Shown here: positions 1 to 12,014 of the stretch, one piece after another
How positions within the stretch are numbered: position 1 is the stretch's first letter
Layout of the letters: each line of letters starts with the position of its first letter
The notes under the pieces: model-generated
Databases searched by the model: none
Told to the model about the DNA's origin: nothing
Seen by the model: the letters and a program-made list of their open reading frames with translations, nothing else
Translations under genes and position numbers: made by a program
DNA from: an uncultured Lentisphaeraceae bacterium
Lineage (GTDB): Bacteria; Verrucomicrobiota; Kiritimatiellia; RFP12; DVOR01
Assembly (NCBI GenBank): GCA_949288955.1
Contig: CASEMS010000015.1
Span: 4,269-68,268, forward strand
Reading direction: 5' to 3'
DNA length: 64,000 bases

Positions 1-248
1 CGTGAAAAGGAGGCGCGCCGGACGGCGCACCTCGCCCAAACACGTTGCCCAGGTGTGAAAGGTTCCAAGTTTCAGTGGGACAACTTGTTTGCGCAAAGCG
101 CAAAGAGTGCGATGGCTGATCCCATCGCGTGCCACAATGATACCAAAAAGCCCCCACCCCACGCCGCGACCGTCAGCCCTCCTCCACCCAGCGCACCTCC
201 CCCTTTCCCCGAAACGCCACCCGACGACGCCCCCACCCCAAGAACGTC

Positions 249-497
249 AGCCGCCGACGCGAGGTACGTCAGCCGCCGATGCACAGTGGCTCGGCGGCCA
301 CCTTTGTGCGGTGCCCCGTCCCTCGGGTCTTTCGGATTCCCCAAGTCCTTCACGTTCTTCGGGCGGGAAAGGACCTGAACGACCTGAAGGACGGCAAGGT
401 GCCGAAGGAGAGGCTCGGAGGATTGGCGGCCATCCCTCCGAGACTTAGCGGCTGAGGTGAGGAGGGGCAGCCGCCATCTCTCGGAGGATTGGCGGCG
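249..497. repeat. Two clusters of 22-bp-phased imperfect repeats (GTCAGCCGCCGA-type and CGGAGGATTGGCGGCC-type) in the leading intergenic region
   Basis: Seen directly: cgtcagccgccgacgcgaggta / cgtcagccgccgatgcacagtg at 249-314 and ctcggaggattggcggcc...ctcggaggattggcggcgg at 411-497. These are related to the TCAGCCGCTGA/GGCCGCCAATCC units found at other intergenic loci in this window. Confidence 0.5.
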
Positions 498-525
498 GGG
501 GCAAGGGGGAGGAGTCGGGGGATGG

Positions 526-572
526 TGCAAAAAAAGCCCCCGGCCGGGGGGCCGGGGGCTTTTTGGATGGCG
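526..572 (-). terminator. Rho-independent terminator (bidirectional hairpin) downstream of PFOR
   Basis: aaaaaaagcccccggccggggggccgggggctttttgg is a GC-rich hairpin flanked by an A-run on one side and a T-run on the other. It sits just past the PFOR stop at 590. Confidence 0.55.
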
Positions 573-589
573 GCTTGCCGCGGGGCGTC

Positions 590-3500
590 TTAGTAGACGT
601 TGAGGGCGGCGAGGGCCTGGAGGTACTCGTACTTGCGGGAGTAGAACGCGTCGGCCTCGGCGAAGAGGAGCTTGGCCTCCTCGGGATCCATCTTGGCGAG
701 CTGCTTGAAGCGGTTCTCGGTGGGGGCCTGGGCCTCGGAGAACTTCTTGGTGGGCGCCTTGGAGTCGAGGGTGAGGGGGTTCTTGCCCTGCTTGGCGAGG
801 TCGGGGTTGTAGCGGAACAGGGGGAAGTGGCCGGTCTCGACGGCCATCTTCTGGTGTTCCAGACCCGTGGCGAGGTTGATGCCGTGCGCGATGCAGTGGG
901 CGTAGGCGATGATGAGGGCGGGGCCGTCGTACTCCTCGGCCTCCTTGAACGCCTTGACGGCGGCCTCGGGGTTCATGCCCATCGAGATCTGCGCGACATA
1001 GATGTTCTTGTAGGTCATGGAGATGGCGGCGAGGTCCTTCTTCATCTGCGGCTTGCCCGCGGCGGCGAACTTGGCGACGGCGCCGATGGGGGTGGACTTG
1101 GAGGCCTGCCCGCCGGTGTTGGAGTAGACCTCGGTGTCGAGGACGAGGATCTTGACGTTGCGGCCGGTGGCGAGGACGTGGTCGAGACCGCCGTAGCCGA
1201 TGTCGTAGGCCCAGCCGTCACCGCCGAGGATCCAGACGGAGCGGCGCACCAGGAAGTCCGCGACGGTGGCGAGCTTCTTGCAGGTGGGGCAGTCGCAGGC
1301 GGCGGCGATGTCCTTGATCTTGGCGACGCGGGCGCGCTGGGCCTTGATGTCGTCGTCGGTCTTCTGGGCGTCGGCGGCGTCGATGGCCTCCTGGAGGAGG
1401 GTCTTGACGTCGGCGGGGGCCTCAGGGCTGGCGACGATCTTGGCGGCGAGCTCCTTGGCGAAGGCCTTTTGCTTGTCGCGGGAGATGACCATGCCCAGAC
1501 CGAACTCGGCGTTGTCCTCGAAGAGGGAGTTGGACCACGCGGGGCCCTTGCCTTCGGCGGTCTGGCAGTAGGGCGTGGTGGGGAGGTTGCCGCCGTAGAT
1601 CGAGGAGCAGCCCGTGGCGTTGGCGATGCAGAGGTGGTCGCCGCAGATCTGGGTGAGCATCTTGATGTACGGGGTCTCGCCGCAGCCGGCGCAGGCGCCG
1701 GAGAACTCGAAGAGCGGGCGCTTGAGCTGGGAGGTCTTGGCGGTGAGGGGGGCGCCGGTGAGGTCGGTCTCGGGGAGGCCGAGGAAGAAGTTCCAGTTGG
1801 CCTCGCCGGGCTTGCGGAGCTTGTCCTGGTCGTAGTGCACCATGGTGAGGGTGCGGCCGGTCTTGGGCAGCTCGGGGCAGACCTTGGTGCAGAGGCCGCA
1901 GCCGGTGCAGTCCTCGACGGAGATCTGGAGGGTGAACTTCTTGCCCTTGAAGGGGGGCTTGGCGTCGGCGGACTTGAAGCCTTCGGGGGCGCCAGCCAGC
2001 GCGGCCTCATCGACGACCTTGGCGCGGATGGCCGCGTGCGGGCAGACGGTGGAGCACTTGAGGCACTGAATGCAGGTGGCGTTGTTCCACTCCGGCACGT
2101 TGATGGCGATGTTGCGCTTCTCGTACTGGGTGGTGGCGGTGGGCCAGGTGCCGTCGTCGGGGATGGCGGAGACGGGGAGGGTGTCGCCCTCCTGGCGCAT
2201 CATGACGGCGGTAACATCCTTGACGAAGTCAGGGGCCGTGGCCGCGACGGTGGCCGGCTTGCGGAGCTTGCCGGAGGGGGCGGCGGGGACGGAGACTTCC
2301 TCGATGGCGTCCTTGGCGGCGTCGATGGCGTCCCAGTTCAGCTTGACGACGTCGTCGCCCTTCTTGCCGTAAGCCTTCTTGGCGGCGGCCTTGAGGAGCT
2401 CGATGGCCTTGTCGACGGGCTTGATGATGCCGGAGATGCAGAAGAAGGCCGTCTGCATGATGGTGTTGGTGCGACCGCCGAGGCCGAGGGCCTGGGCCAC
2501 CTTCACGGCGTTGACGACGTAGAACTTCAGCTTCTTGTCGATGATGACCTGGGCGACCTCATCGGGGATGTGCTCCCAGACGGTCTTGGCATCGTACTCG
2601 GACTGGAGCAGGAAGGTGGCGCCGACCTTGGCCGCGGAGAGCATGTCGTACTTCTCAAGGAAGGAGAAGTTGTGGCACGCCACGAAGTCGGCCTTGGTGC
2701 AGAGGTAGGGGCTGTGGATCGGGTTGGGGCCGAAGCGCAGGTGGGAGACCGTCAGGCCGCCGGCCTTCTTGGAGTCGTAGACGAAGTAGCCCTGGGCGTA
2801 GTTGTCGGTGTTGGAGCCGATGACCTTGATGCTGTTCTTGTTCGCGCCGACGGTGCCGTCGGAGCCGAGGCCGTAGAACATGCACTCGGTGCAGCCGGAG
2901 TCCTTGAGGAGGAAGGTGGGCACGTCGATGGAGGCGCCGGTCACGTCGTCGACGATGCCGACGGCGAAGTGGTTCTTGGGCTGGGCGGCCTTCATGTTGT
3001 CGAAGACGCCCTTGACCATGGCGGGGGTGAACTCCTTGGAGCCCAGGCCGTAGCGGCCGCCGTAGGTCTTGGGATACTGGATGTCGAGCCAGCCGTTCTG
3101 CATGGCGTCGCCGATGGCGGTGCGGACATCGGTGTAAAGCGGCTCACCGACGGAGCCGGGCTCCTTGGAACGGTCGAGCACCGTGATCTTCTTGACCGTC
3201 TTGGGGAGGGCGGCGGCGAAGGCCTTGACGTCGAAGGGGCGATAGAGACGCACCTTGACGACACCGACCTTCTCACCCTCGGCGTTGAGTTCCTCGACCA
3301 CTTCCTGGACGGTCTCGGCGCCGGAACCCATGATGACGACGACATCCTCGGCGTCAGGGGCGCCGACGTAGTCGAAGAGATGATAGCGGCGGCCGGTCAG
3401 CTCCGCCAGCTTGTCCATGTTCTTCTGGACGATGGCGGGGACGGCCTCGTAGTACTTGTTGACGGTCTCGCGGCCCTGGAAGTAAACGTCAGGGTTCTGC

Positions 3501-4153
3501 GCGGTGCCGCGCATGGTGGGCTTCTCGGGGTTGAGGCCGCGGGCGCGGAAGGCGTTGACGGCGTCCTCGTCGATCATCGCGCGGATGGTCTCCTGCGGGA
3601 TCTCCTCGATCTTCTGGACTTCGTGCGAGGTGCGGAAACCGTCGAAGAAGTGGACGAAGGGCACCTTGGCCTCAAGGGTGGAGGCATGCGCCACGAGGGC
3701 CATGTCGGAGCACTCCTGGACGCTGGAGGCGCCGAGGAAGGCGAAGCCGGTCTGGCGGCAGGCCATGATGTCGCCGTGGTCGCCGAAGATCGAGAGGCCC
3801 TGCATCGCGAGCGCGCGGGCGGAGACATGGAAGACGGTCGGCGTCAGCTCGCCGGCAATCTTGTACATGTTCGGGATCATCAGCAGGAGGCCTTGGGAGG
3901 CCGTGAAGGTGGTGGTCAGCGAACCGGTGGTCAGCGCGCCATGCACCGCACCGGCGGCGCCACCCTCGGACTGCAACTCGACGATCTGCGGGATGGTGCC
4001 CCAGAGGTTCGTCTGCTTGCGGGCGGCCCACTCGTCGGCGAACTCAGCCATCGGCGAGGAGGGGGTGATGGGATAGATGGCGGCGACCTCGGAGCACGCG
4101 AACGCGACGCGCGCGGTGGCCTCGTTGCCGTCACACATGATGTACTTGGGCAT
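590..4153 (-). CDS. nifJ: Pyruvate:ferredoxin (flavodoxin) oxidoreductase, single-polypeptide PFOR
   Basis: The 1187-aa ORF has PFOR-typical domain order. It carries 2x[4Fe-4S] ferredoxin motifs (CIQCLKCSTVCP, CTGCGLCTKVCP) and the TPP-binding region GGDGWAYDIGYGG. An AAGGAGAG RBS precedes the ATG at 4153. Confidence 0.95.
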   Translation of the reverse strand: MPKYIMCDGNEATARVAFACSEVAAIYPITPSSPMAEFADEWAARKQTNLWGTIPQIVELQSEGGAAGAVHGALTTGSLTTTFTASQGLLLMIPNMYKIAGELTPTVFHVSARALAMQGLSIFGDHGDIMACRQTGFAFLGASSVQECSDMALVAHASTLEAKVPFVHFFDGFRTSHEVQKIEEIPQETIRAMIDEDAVNAFRARGLNPEKPTMRGTAQNPDVYFQGRETVNKYYEAVPAIVQKNMDKLAELTGRRYHLFDYVGAPDAEDVVVIMGSGAETVQEVVEELNAEGEKVGVVKVRLYRPFDVKAFAAALPKTVKKITVLDRSKEPGSVGEPLYTDVRTAIGDAMQNGWLDIQYPKTYGGRYGLGSKEFTPAMVKGVFDNMKAAQPKNHFAVGIVDDVTGASIDVPTFLLKDSGCTECMFYGLGSDGTVGANKNSIKVIGSNTDNYAQGYFVYDSKKAGGLTVSHLRFGPNPIHSPYLCTKADFVACHNFSFLEKYDMLSAAKVGATFLLQSEYDAKTVWEHIPDEVAQVIIDKKLKFYVVNAVKVAQALGLGGRTNTIMQTAFFCISGIIKPVDKAIELLKAAAKKAYGKKGDDVVKLNWDAIDAAKDAIEEVSVPAAPSGKLRKPATVAATAPDFVKDVTAVMMRQEGDTLPVSAIPDDGTWPTATTQYEKRNIAINVPEWNNATCIQCLKCSTVCPHAAIRAKVVDEAALAGAPEGFKSADAKPPFKGKKFTLQISVEDCTGCGLCTKVCPELPKTGRTLTMVHYDQDKLRKPGEANWNFFLGLPETDLTGAPLTAKTSQLKRPLFEFSGACAGCGETPYIKMLTQICGDHLCIANATGCSSIYGGNLPTTPYCQTAEGKGPAWSNSLFEDNAEFGLGMVISRDKQKAFAKELAAKIVASPEAPADVKTLLQEAIDAADAQKTDDDIKAQRARVAKIKDIAAACDCPTCKKLATVADFLVRRSVWILGGDGWAYDIGYGGLDHVLATGRNVKILVLDTEVYSNTGGQASKSTPIGAVAKFAAAGKPQMKKDLAAISMTYKNIYVAQISMGMNPEAAVKAFKEAEEYDGPALIIAYAHCIAHGINLATGLEHQKMAVETGHFPLFRYNPDLAKQGKNPLTLDSKAPTKKFSEAQAPTENRFKQLAKMDPEEAKLLFAEADAFYSRKYEYLQALAALNVY

Positions 4154-4215
4154 GATTCTCTCCTTTGGGAAAATGGTTCGGGGGCGCCCGTCTCTCTCAG
4201 GCGCCCCCGTCGGGG

Positions 4216-5172
4216 TCAGGCGTTGGCCTTGCAGAAGTCGCGCACGTCGTCAAGCTGGCCGGCGGAGCCGAGCTTCACGTTCTTAGCGGCGATGAACTTG
4301 GCGTACTCCTCCATGAAGATCTTGCCGATCGGGCGGAGGTCGAAGTTCTCGGGGTGGTCGCGGAAATACTCGCGGTGGACGCGGCACCACACCAGACGGC
4401 CGTCGGTGTCGATGTTGATCTTGGTGACGCCCAGCTCGGCGGCACGGCGGAACTGGTTGTCGTCCACGCCCTTGGCGCCGTCGAGTTTGCCGCCGGCGGC
4501 GTTGATGCGCGCCACCTCGTCCTGCGGCACGGAGGAAGAACCGTGCATCACCAGCGGGAAGCCGGGCACCTTCTTCTGGATGTCGGCCAGCACGTCGAAG
4601 CGCAGCCCCTGCGTGCCCGTGAACTTGAAGGCGCCGTGCGAGGTGCCGATCGCGCAAGCCAGCGAGTCGCAGCCCGTGGCCTCGACGAAGCGCTTGACGT
4701 CCTCGGGGTTCGTCAGGCAGGCATCCTTCTCATCCACCGCCACGTGCTCCTCGACGCCACCGAGCTTGCCCAGCTCGGCCTCGACCACGAGGCCCTTGGC
4801 GTGGGCCATGTCCACGATCTTCTTGGTGATGGCCACGTTCTCGTCGAAGGGCTTGGAGGAGGCGTCAATCATCACCGAGCTGTAGAAGCCGGAGTTGATG
4901 CAGTCGATGCAGGAGGCCTCGTCGCCGTGATCCAGGTGCACCGCGAAGACCGCCTCGGGGAAGATCTGGTCAGCCGCGCGGATGACGTTCTCAAGCATCA
5001 GCTTGTCGGTGTAAGAACGCGCGCCCTTGGAAATCTGGATGATAAAGGGGGCCTTGCTCGCAATGCACCCACGGAACAGGCCCATGCACTGCTCCATGTT
5101 GTTGATGTTATAAGCACCAATGGCATACTTGCCGTACGCGTGCTCGAAGAGCTTCTTCGTCGTAACGATCAT
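4216..5172 (-). CDS. fba: Fructose-1,6-bisphosphate aldolase, class II
   Basis: Class II FBA motifs are present (IIQISKGARSY, HLDHG, GTSHGAFKF). Start assigned to the internal ATG at 5172 (MIVTTKKLF...), which has an AGGAG RBS. The longer ORF to 5238 has no RBS. Confidence 0.9.
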   Translation of the reverse strand: MIVTTKKLFEHAYGKYAIGAYNINNMEQCMGLFRGCIASKAPFIIQISKGARSYTDKLMLENVIRAADQIFPEAVFAVHLDHGDEASCIDCINSGFYSSVMIDASSKPFDENVAITKKIVDMAHAKGLVVEAELGKLGGVEEHVAVDEKDACLTNPEDVKRFVEATGCDSLACAIGTSHGAFKFTGTQGLRFDVLADIQKKVPGFPLVMHGSSSVPQDEVARINAAGGKLDGAKGVDDNQFRRAAELGVTKINIDTDGRLVWCRVHREYFRDHPENFDLRPIGKIFMEEYAKFIAAKNVKLGSAGQLDDVRDFCKANA

Positions 5173-5282
5173 CGTTGAGACTCCTGTTCGGGTTGAATCG
5201 ATAGGTGCAAGTATACCACGTGCCTCGGCAAACGGCAAACATCTTTGTCTCCGCTCCCTCCCTTGACTGTGCGTCAGAGTCA

Positions 5283-5348
5283 GGATCAGCCGCTGAGCCG
5301 AGGTGGATCAGCCGCTGAGCCGAGGTGGATCAGCCGCTGAGCCAAAAT
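5283..5348. repeat. 3 tandem 22-bp units GGATCAGCCGCTGAGCCGAGGT
   Basis: Exact tandem duplication seen in the fba / NifA-like divergent intergenic region. The core TCAGCCGCTGA is an 11-bp palindrome. Confidence 0.85.
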
Positions 5349-5439
5349 TGGCCGGGGCCACCTTCATTCGTGCAAGGGGGACGCCCCCACGCATCCGCGG
5401 CGATTATGATACACTGCGACGCACAAGGCAGGCAAAACC

Positions 5440-6937
<1,498 letters not shown>

Positions 6938-6966
<29 letters not shown>

Positions 6967-9900
6967 CGGGGCGGACGAGGACGAAGCGCGGGAGCCAGAC
7001 GGCCCAGTCGGCGAGGAGGCGTTTGGCCTTGGGGCTCCCGGTGGCGGCGGCGTGGGCCTCCACCAACGCCCGAAGCGCGCGCTCCTCCTCAGTGCCGGGG
7101 TCGATGTTCAGGAGGTCGACGGAGGCGAGGTTGCACCGGAGGTCGAAGTCCCCCGCCTCATCGAGGGCGTAGGCCAGGCCACCGGTCATGCCGGCGGCGA
7201 AGTTGTCCCCCACGGGGCCGAGGAAGAGCGCCGCCCCGCCGGTCATGTACTCGCACCCGTGGTCGCCCGCGCCCTCGCAGGTGAGGGTGGCGCCGGAGTT
7301 GCGGATGGCGAAGCGCTCGCCGGCCTGCCCGCAGACATGGATGCGCCCCGCGGTGGCGCCGTAGCCCACGGCATTGCCGACGGCGACGTTCGCCTCGGGC
7401 GCGTAGGTGGCGTCGGCGGGCGGGCGCACGGCCACGACGCCGCCGGAAAGCCCCTTGCCCACGAAGTCGTTGGCCTCGCCCTCCAACGTGATCGCCACGC
7501 CGCGTGGCAGGAAGGCGCCGAGGCTCTGCCCGGCCACGCCGCGCAGACGCACGCGGAGCGTCCCCTCGGGCAGGCCCGCCGCACCCGCGAAGGCGGCGAT
7601 CTCGCCGGCGAGGCCGGCGCCGACGGAGCGGTCGGCGTTGCGCACGGGGAGGTCGGCCTCGCGCCGTTCCCCCTCACGGAGGGCCGCCAAGCCGCCGAGG
7701 GCGGGGATGAGGCAGTCGCGGTCGTAGGCACCCGCGGGCGGGGCGTCGTCGGGACGGGCCGGCCGGTCATCCGGCGCGAGCGCCACGCGGCGGAGCAACG
7801 CGGAGAGGTCGAGCGCGGCGGCACCGCCGTGGGCGACACGCGCGGGGGCGTCATCCAACGCGTCGGCACGGAGCAGGTCGGTGCGTCCGCACGCCTCCTC
7901 CAGCGAATGGAGACCGAGCGCGGCGAGGGTCTCGCGCGTCTCGCGGGCGACGAAGCGCAGGAAGCGCGCCACGTGCGCAGGCTCCCCGGCGAAGCGGGCG
8001 CGGCACGCGGGCTCCTGCGTGGCGATGCCCACGGGGCACACGCCGCGGTGGCATTGTCGGCACATCGCGCAGCCGAGGCTGACGAGCAGGGCGGTGCCGA
8101 AGCCGAACTCCTGGGCGCCCAGAAGCGCGGCCACGACGACATCCCGCCCCGTGCGCAGACCGCCATCGACCTGGAGGCGCACGCGGCGGCGGAGACGGTT
8201 GAGGGCGAGCGTCTGGTGGGTCTCGGCCAACCCGATCTCCCACGGGAGCCCGGCGTGCTGGATGGCGGAGATCGGCGCCGCCCCGGTGCCGCCGTCGCTC
8301 CCGGAGATGAGGATGACGTCGGCATGGGCCTTGGCGACGCCCGCGGCGACGGTGCCGACACCGCCCTCGGAGGCGAGTTTGACGGAGATGCGGGCCGCGG
8401 GGTTGACGGCGCGGAGGTCGTGGATCAGCTGGGCGAAGTCCTCGATGGAGTAGATGTCGTGGTGGGGCGGCGGGGAGATGAGGGTGAGACCGGGGCGGGC
8501 GTGCCGCAGACGGGCGACGGTGGCGTCGACCTTGTGGCCGGGGAGCTGGCCGCCCTCGCCCGGCTTGGCGCCTTGGGCCATCTTGATCTGGAGGTCCTTG
8601 GCGTGGCGGAGGTAGGAGGCCGTAACGCCGAAGCGGCCGGAGGCGACCTGGCGGATGGCGCTGGCGCGGTCGGTGCCGTCGCGCGCGGGATCCTCGCCGC
8701 CCTCGCCGCAGTTGCTCATCGCGCCCAAGGCGTTGAAGGCGCGGGCGATGGCCTCGTGCGCCTCGGGGCTGATGGAGCCGAGGCTCATGGCGCCGGCGAC
8801 GAAGTGGCGGAGGATGGACGCCTCGTCCTCCACCGCGTCGAGAGGAAGGGGCGTGGTGGGGGCGAAGGCGAGCAAAGCGCGAAGCGTGCAGGCCTGGGCG
8901 TCGACGGCCTGGGAGAAGCGGCGGAAGCGGGCGTAGTCATCCTCGCGGACGGCGGCGCGGAGGTCGGCGACGGTCTGCGGCCCCCAGACGCGCCGCTCGG
9001 CGCGGGGCGCCTCCTCCAAGCGGCGGTGGACGTCCCGCGCGATGGCGTCCAGCCCCACGCCGCCGACGGGGCTGGGCGTGCCGGGGAGCCAACGGTCGAG
9101 GAACGCGCGGTCGAGGCCCAACGCCTCGAAGAGCTGGGCGGAGCGGTAGGAGCGCAAGGTGGCGATGCCCATCTTGGAGAGCACCTTGAGGATGCCTTGG
9201 CAGAGGGCCTCGACGAAGTTGCCGGTGGCGGAGACGGCGTCGTTGCCCGTACGACCGCGAGCGGCAAGGTCGCTGACGGTGGCCAACGCCAGCCAGGGAT
9301 GGACGGCGGTGGCGCCGTAGGCCAACAGGAGCGCCACATGGTTGACCTCGCGCACCTCGCCGGATTGGACGATCAGGCCGGTCTGCGAGCGGAGCCCCCG
9401 CTCGGCGAGGGCGCGGTTGACGGCGGCGACGGCGAGCAAGGGCGGGATGGGCGCCTCCTCGGGGGAGAGGCCGCGGTCGGTGAGGATCAGGAGGCGCCGC
9501 CCCTCGCCCGAGGCCAAGGCAACCGCCTGTTCGGCGAGGGCCGTGAGCGCGGCGTCGAGGGCCGTGCCGTCCCCGCCCGCGGGCCAGGCCAGGCGCAGGG
9601 TGCCGGGACGGAAGACAGGGTCGCCGACGCGCGCAAGGTGCTCGACCTCGGCATCGGTGAGGATGGGGCGGCGCATCTTGAGAAGGTGGGCGTGGGCGGG
9701 GGTCTCGGCGAGCGTGTTGGGGAGATTGCCCACGTAGGTCATCAGACTCATGACGGAACGTTCGCGGATGGGGTCGATGGGCGGGTTGGTAACCTGCGCG
9801 AAACGTTGGCGGAAGTAGTCGGGGAGAATGCGGGGGCGGTCGGAGAGGACGGCCGGCGCGGCGTCGTCGCCCATCGCGCCGGTGGGCTCGCGGCCGGTCT

Positions 9901-11317
9901 TCGCCATCTGCAAAAGCCCCACCTCGACGGCCTCGCGGGTGTAACCGAAGCGACGCCACAGCGGTTCGAGCGCGCCGGGCACGGGGTCGGGCGCCGTCTC
10001 GGCGAAGAGTGCGCCCAGGGCGATGCGGTTCTCCGCGACCCAACGGCGATAGGGCCGCCGCCGGGCGATGTGGGCCTTGAGCTCGGCGTCGCCCACCACG
10101 CGGTGGGCGGGGAGGTCGAGCCAGAGCATCTCGCCGGGACGGAGACGGCCGTGGTGGACGACCGAGTCGGGCGGGAGGTCGAGGACGCCGGCCTCGGAGG
10201 CGAGGACGAAGGTGCCATCCTGGCAGAGGGTGTAGCGGGCGGGGCGGAGGCCGTTGCGGTCGAGGACGGCGCCGGCGCGGAGACCGTCGGAGAAGACGAT
10301 GGCGGCGGGGCCGTCCCAGGGCTCCATGAGGGCCGATTCGTACTCCAGGAAGCCGCGGAGGTCGTTGCCCATGCGGTGGGTCGGGCCCCAAGCCTGGGGC
10401 AGCAGCAGGAGCATCGCGTGGGGGAGGTCGCGCCCGGCGCGGACGAGCAGCTCCAGCATGGCGTCAAGGCTGGCGGAGTCGGAGAGGCCGGGCGGGATGA
10501 GGGGGAGGGCCTCGGGGAGGTCGGGCAGGAGCGGGGAGGCGAGGGCGGCGGTTCGGGCGCGGAGGGCGGCGAGGTTGCCGCGGAGGGTGTTGATCTCGCC
10601 ATTGTGCGCCAACAGACGGAAGGGCTGGGCGAGGGCCCAGGTGGGGAAGGTGTTGGTGCTGTAGCGTTGGTGGGCCACGATGAGGGCGGAGGCGAAGTCG
10701 GGCGCGCGGAGGTCGGCGTAGAAGGCGTCGAGCTGGTGCGCGAGGAGGAGCCCTTTGTAGACGACGCTGCGGGCGGAGAGGGAGCAGACGAAGAGCCGCT
10801 CGCCCAAAGCCTGCTCCATGCGACGGCGGAGGATGAAGAGGCGACGCTCCAAAGCCTCGTCCGCGAGGTCGTCGGGCGCCGCCAGGAAGAGCTGGCGGAT
10901 GCGCGGACAGCTCGCGCGGGCGGAACGGCCGATGGCCGAGGGGTCGGTGGGCACCTCGCGCCACACGAAGGGCTCGAAGCCCTCCGCGCACGCCATCGCC
11001 TCGATCTCCCCCTCCGCCCCCTCGCCGCCGAAGAGCATCGCCACGGCATAGCGTCCCGACGCGGGCAGGTTGGGGACGTGCGCGCGGAAGAAACCATCGG
11101 GCATCGCGATGAGGACGCCCGCGCCGTCGCCCGTCTCGGGATCCCACCCCGCCGCGCCGCGATGGGCCAAACGGCGGAGCGCCTTCAGTCCCAGCGCGAC
11201 GATGCGATGGCTGGGGCGGTTGTTGAGGTCGGCCACGAGGCCGACGCCGCACGCGTCATGTTCATTCTGGGGGTCGTAGAGCCCCTGACGTTGGGGGAGG
11301 TCGAGCGACTGTTCCAT
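6938..11317 (-). CDS. gltB: Glutamate synthase large subunit, stand-alone (probably ferredoxin-dependent GOGAT)
   Basis: ~1460 aa with an N-terminal Ntn amidotransferase domain beginning MEQ...NEHDACGVG, plus FMN and GXGXG domains. Start set at ATG 11317; the upstream extension to 11467 merely reads through intergenic repeats. No gltD small subunit is adjacent. Confidence 0.9.
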
Positions 11318-11350
11318 GCGTCCGTTCCTTGATTGCGGTTCTTCCACGTT

Positions 11351-11366
11351 TGCAACTTCCGTGCCA
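11351..11366 (-). promoter_or_regulatory. Sigma-54 (-24/-12) promoter for gltB
   Basis: Minus strand reads TGGCACGGAAGTTGCA, a perfect TGGCACG-N4-TTGCA consensus. It lies ~30-45 bp upstream of the gltB ATG. Confidence 0.65.
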
Positions 11367-11424
11367 ACGGGCAGGACACCCACCCAAAAGCGGCCCGGTT
11401 CCCTCCCCCCGCCTCCCCCTCCCC

Positions 11425-11818
11425 GAGGATCAGCCGCCGATCCAAGGAGGATCAGCCCCTGATCCAAGGTGACTCAGCCGCTAAGTCTCCGAGAGGTGGC
11501 CGCGGATGGATTCTTTTCCGCGAGGACGCGAGGGTGCGCGAAGGACGGCGGGCTAACGCCGGGCGAAAGCGGCGGGGGCTGACGCCCCCTGGTTTCGCCC
11601 TCCCGCCCGCCGCCTTCGCGCCGCAAGAAAGTTGGCAACCTCCCCATAGAAGCCGGGGCACTCGGCGCGGGAGGGCACGAACGTGCCCGGCGTTAGCGCC
11701 GACGTGTCCCGGCGCGACTGCGTCTTCGCGGAGAATCAGCCGCTAAGTCTCCGAGACTCAGCCGCTGAGACGAGATGGATCGGCCGCCAATCCAAAGAGA
11801 GTCGGCCGCCGAGGGGGC
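11425..11818. repeat. Composite repeat element: 4x 22-bp units, a ~220-bp GC-rich structured core, then 4x 22-bp units (copy 1)
   Basis: 22-bp units at 11425-11512 and 11731-11818 flank the core. The core (~11500-11740) contains perfect hairpins GGGCACGAACGTGCCC and GGCGTTAGCGCC. The core recurs at ~85-90% identity in inverted orientation at 46040-46290. Confidence 0.75.
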
Positions 11819-12014
11819 GAGAAGGAGGGGTTACACGATTGTAAAATAGGGGCGATGTGTTACAAAAATGGATAGGCTCGACGGAAGATTCGGCGCTTGT
11901 TGCGGTTAGACGACGACCGCCAAGGAATCGGGGAGGCGGCTCGGAAAAAACTGTAAAACCCGCAAACGCGGGAGGGGCGCGCCGGGCGGCGTTCTTGGGC
12001 ACGTCCGACGCGTT

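Noticed and set aside
55-378. 107-aa ORF MKGSKFQWDNLFAQSAKSAMADPIACHNDTKKPPPH...
   Set aside because: Pro/Ala-rich low-complexity tail running through repeat units. No RBS. Likely non-coding leader between the upstream terminator and the window edge.
563-4885. 1440-aa plus-strand ORF, plus similar long ORFs at 7052-11332, 12770-14863, 18510-21662, 19445-21949, 23158-25236, 26752-27651, 28344-30062, 30606-31844, 31766-33733, 36409-38001, 39625-41430, 47740-50694, 50845-52335, 54905-57460, 57620-58546 and 60111-63458
   Set aside because: All are antisense or off-frame to genes with clear homology. Their translations are low-complexity Gly/Ala/Arg/Pro-rich strings typical of spurious open frames in 70% GC DNA.
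11333-11746. 137-aa ORF (and the N-terminal extension of the 46147-47394 ORF) containing DQPLIQGDSAAKSPRGGRG...REDARVREGRRANAGRKRRG
   Set aside because: These are translations of the two copies of the composite repeat element. The same peptide appears because the DNA is repeated. There is no RBS, and stops appear in the other copy.
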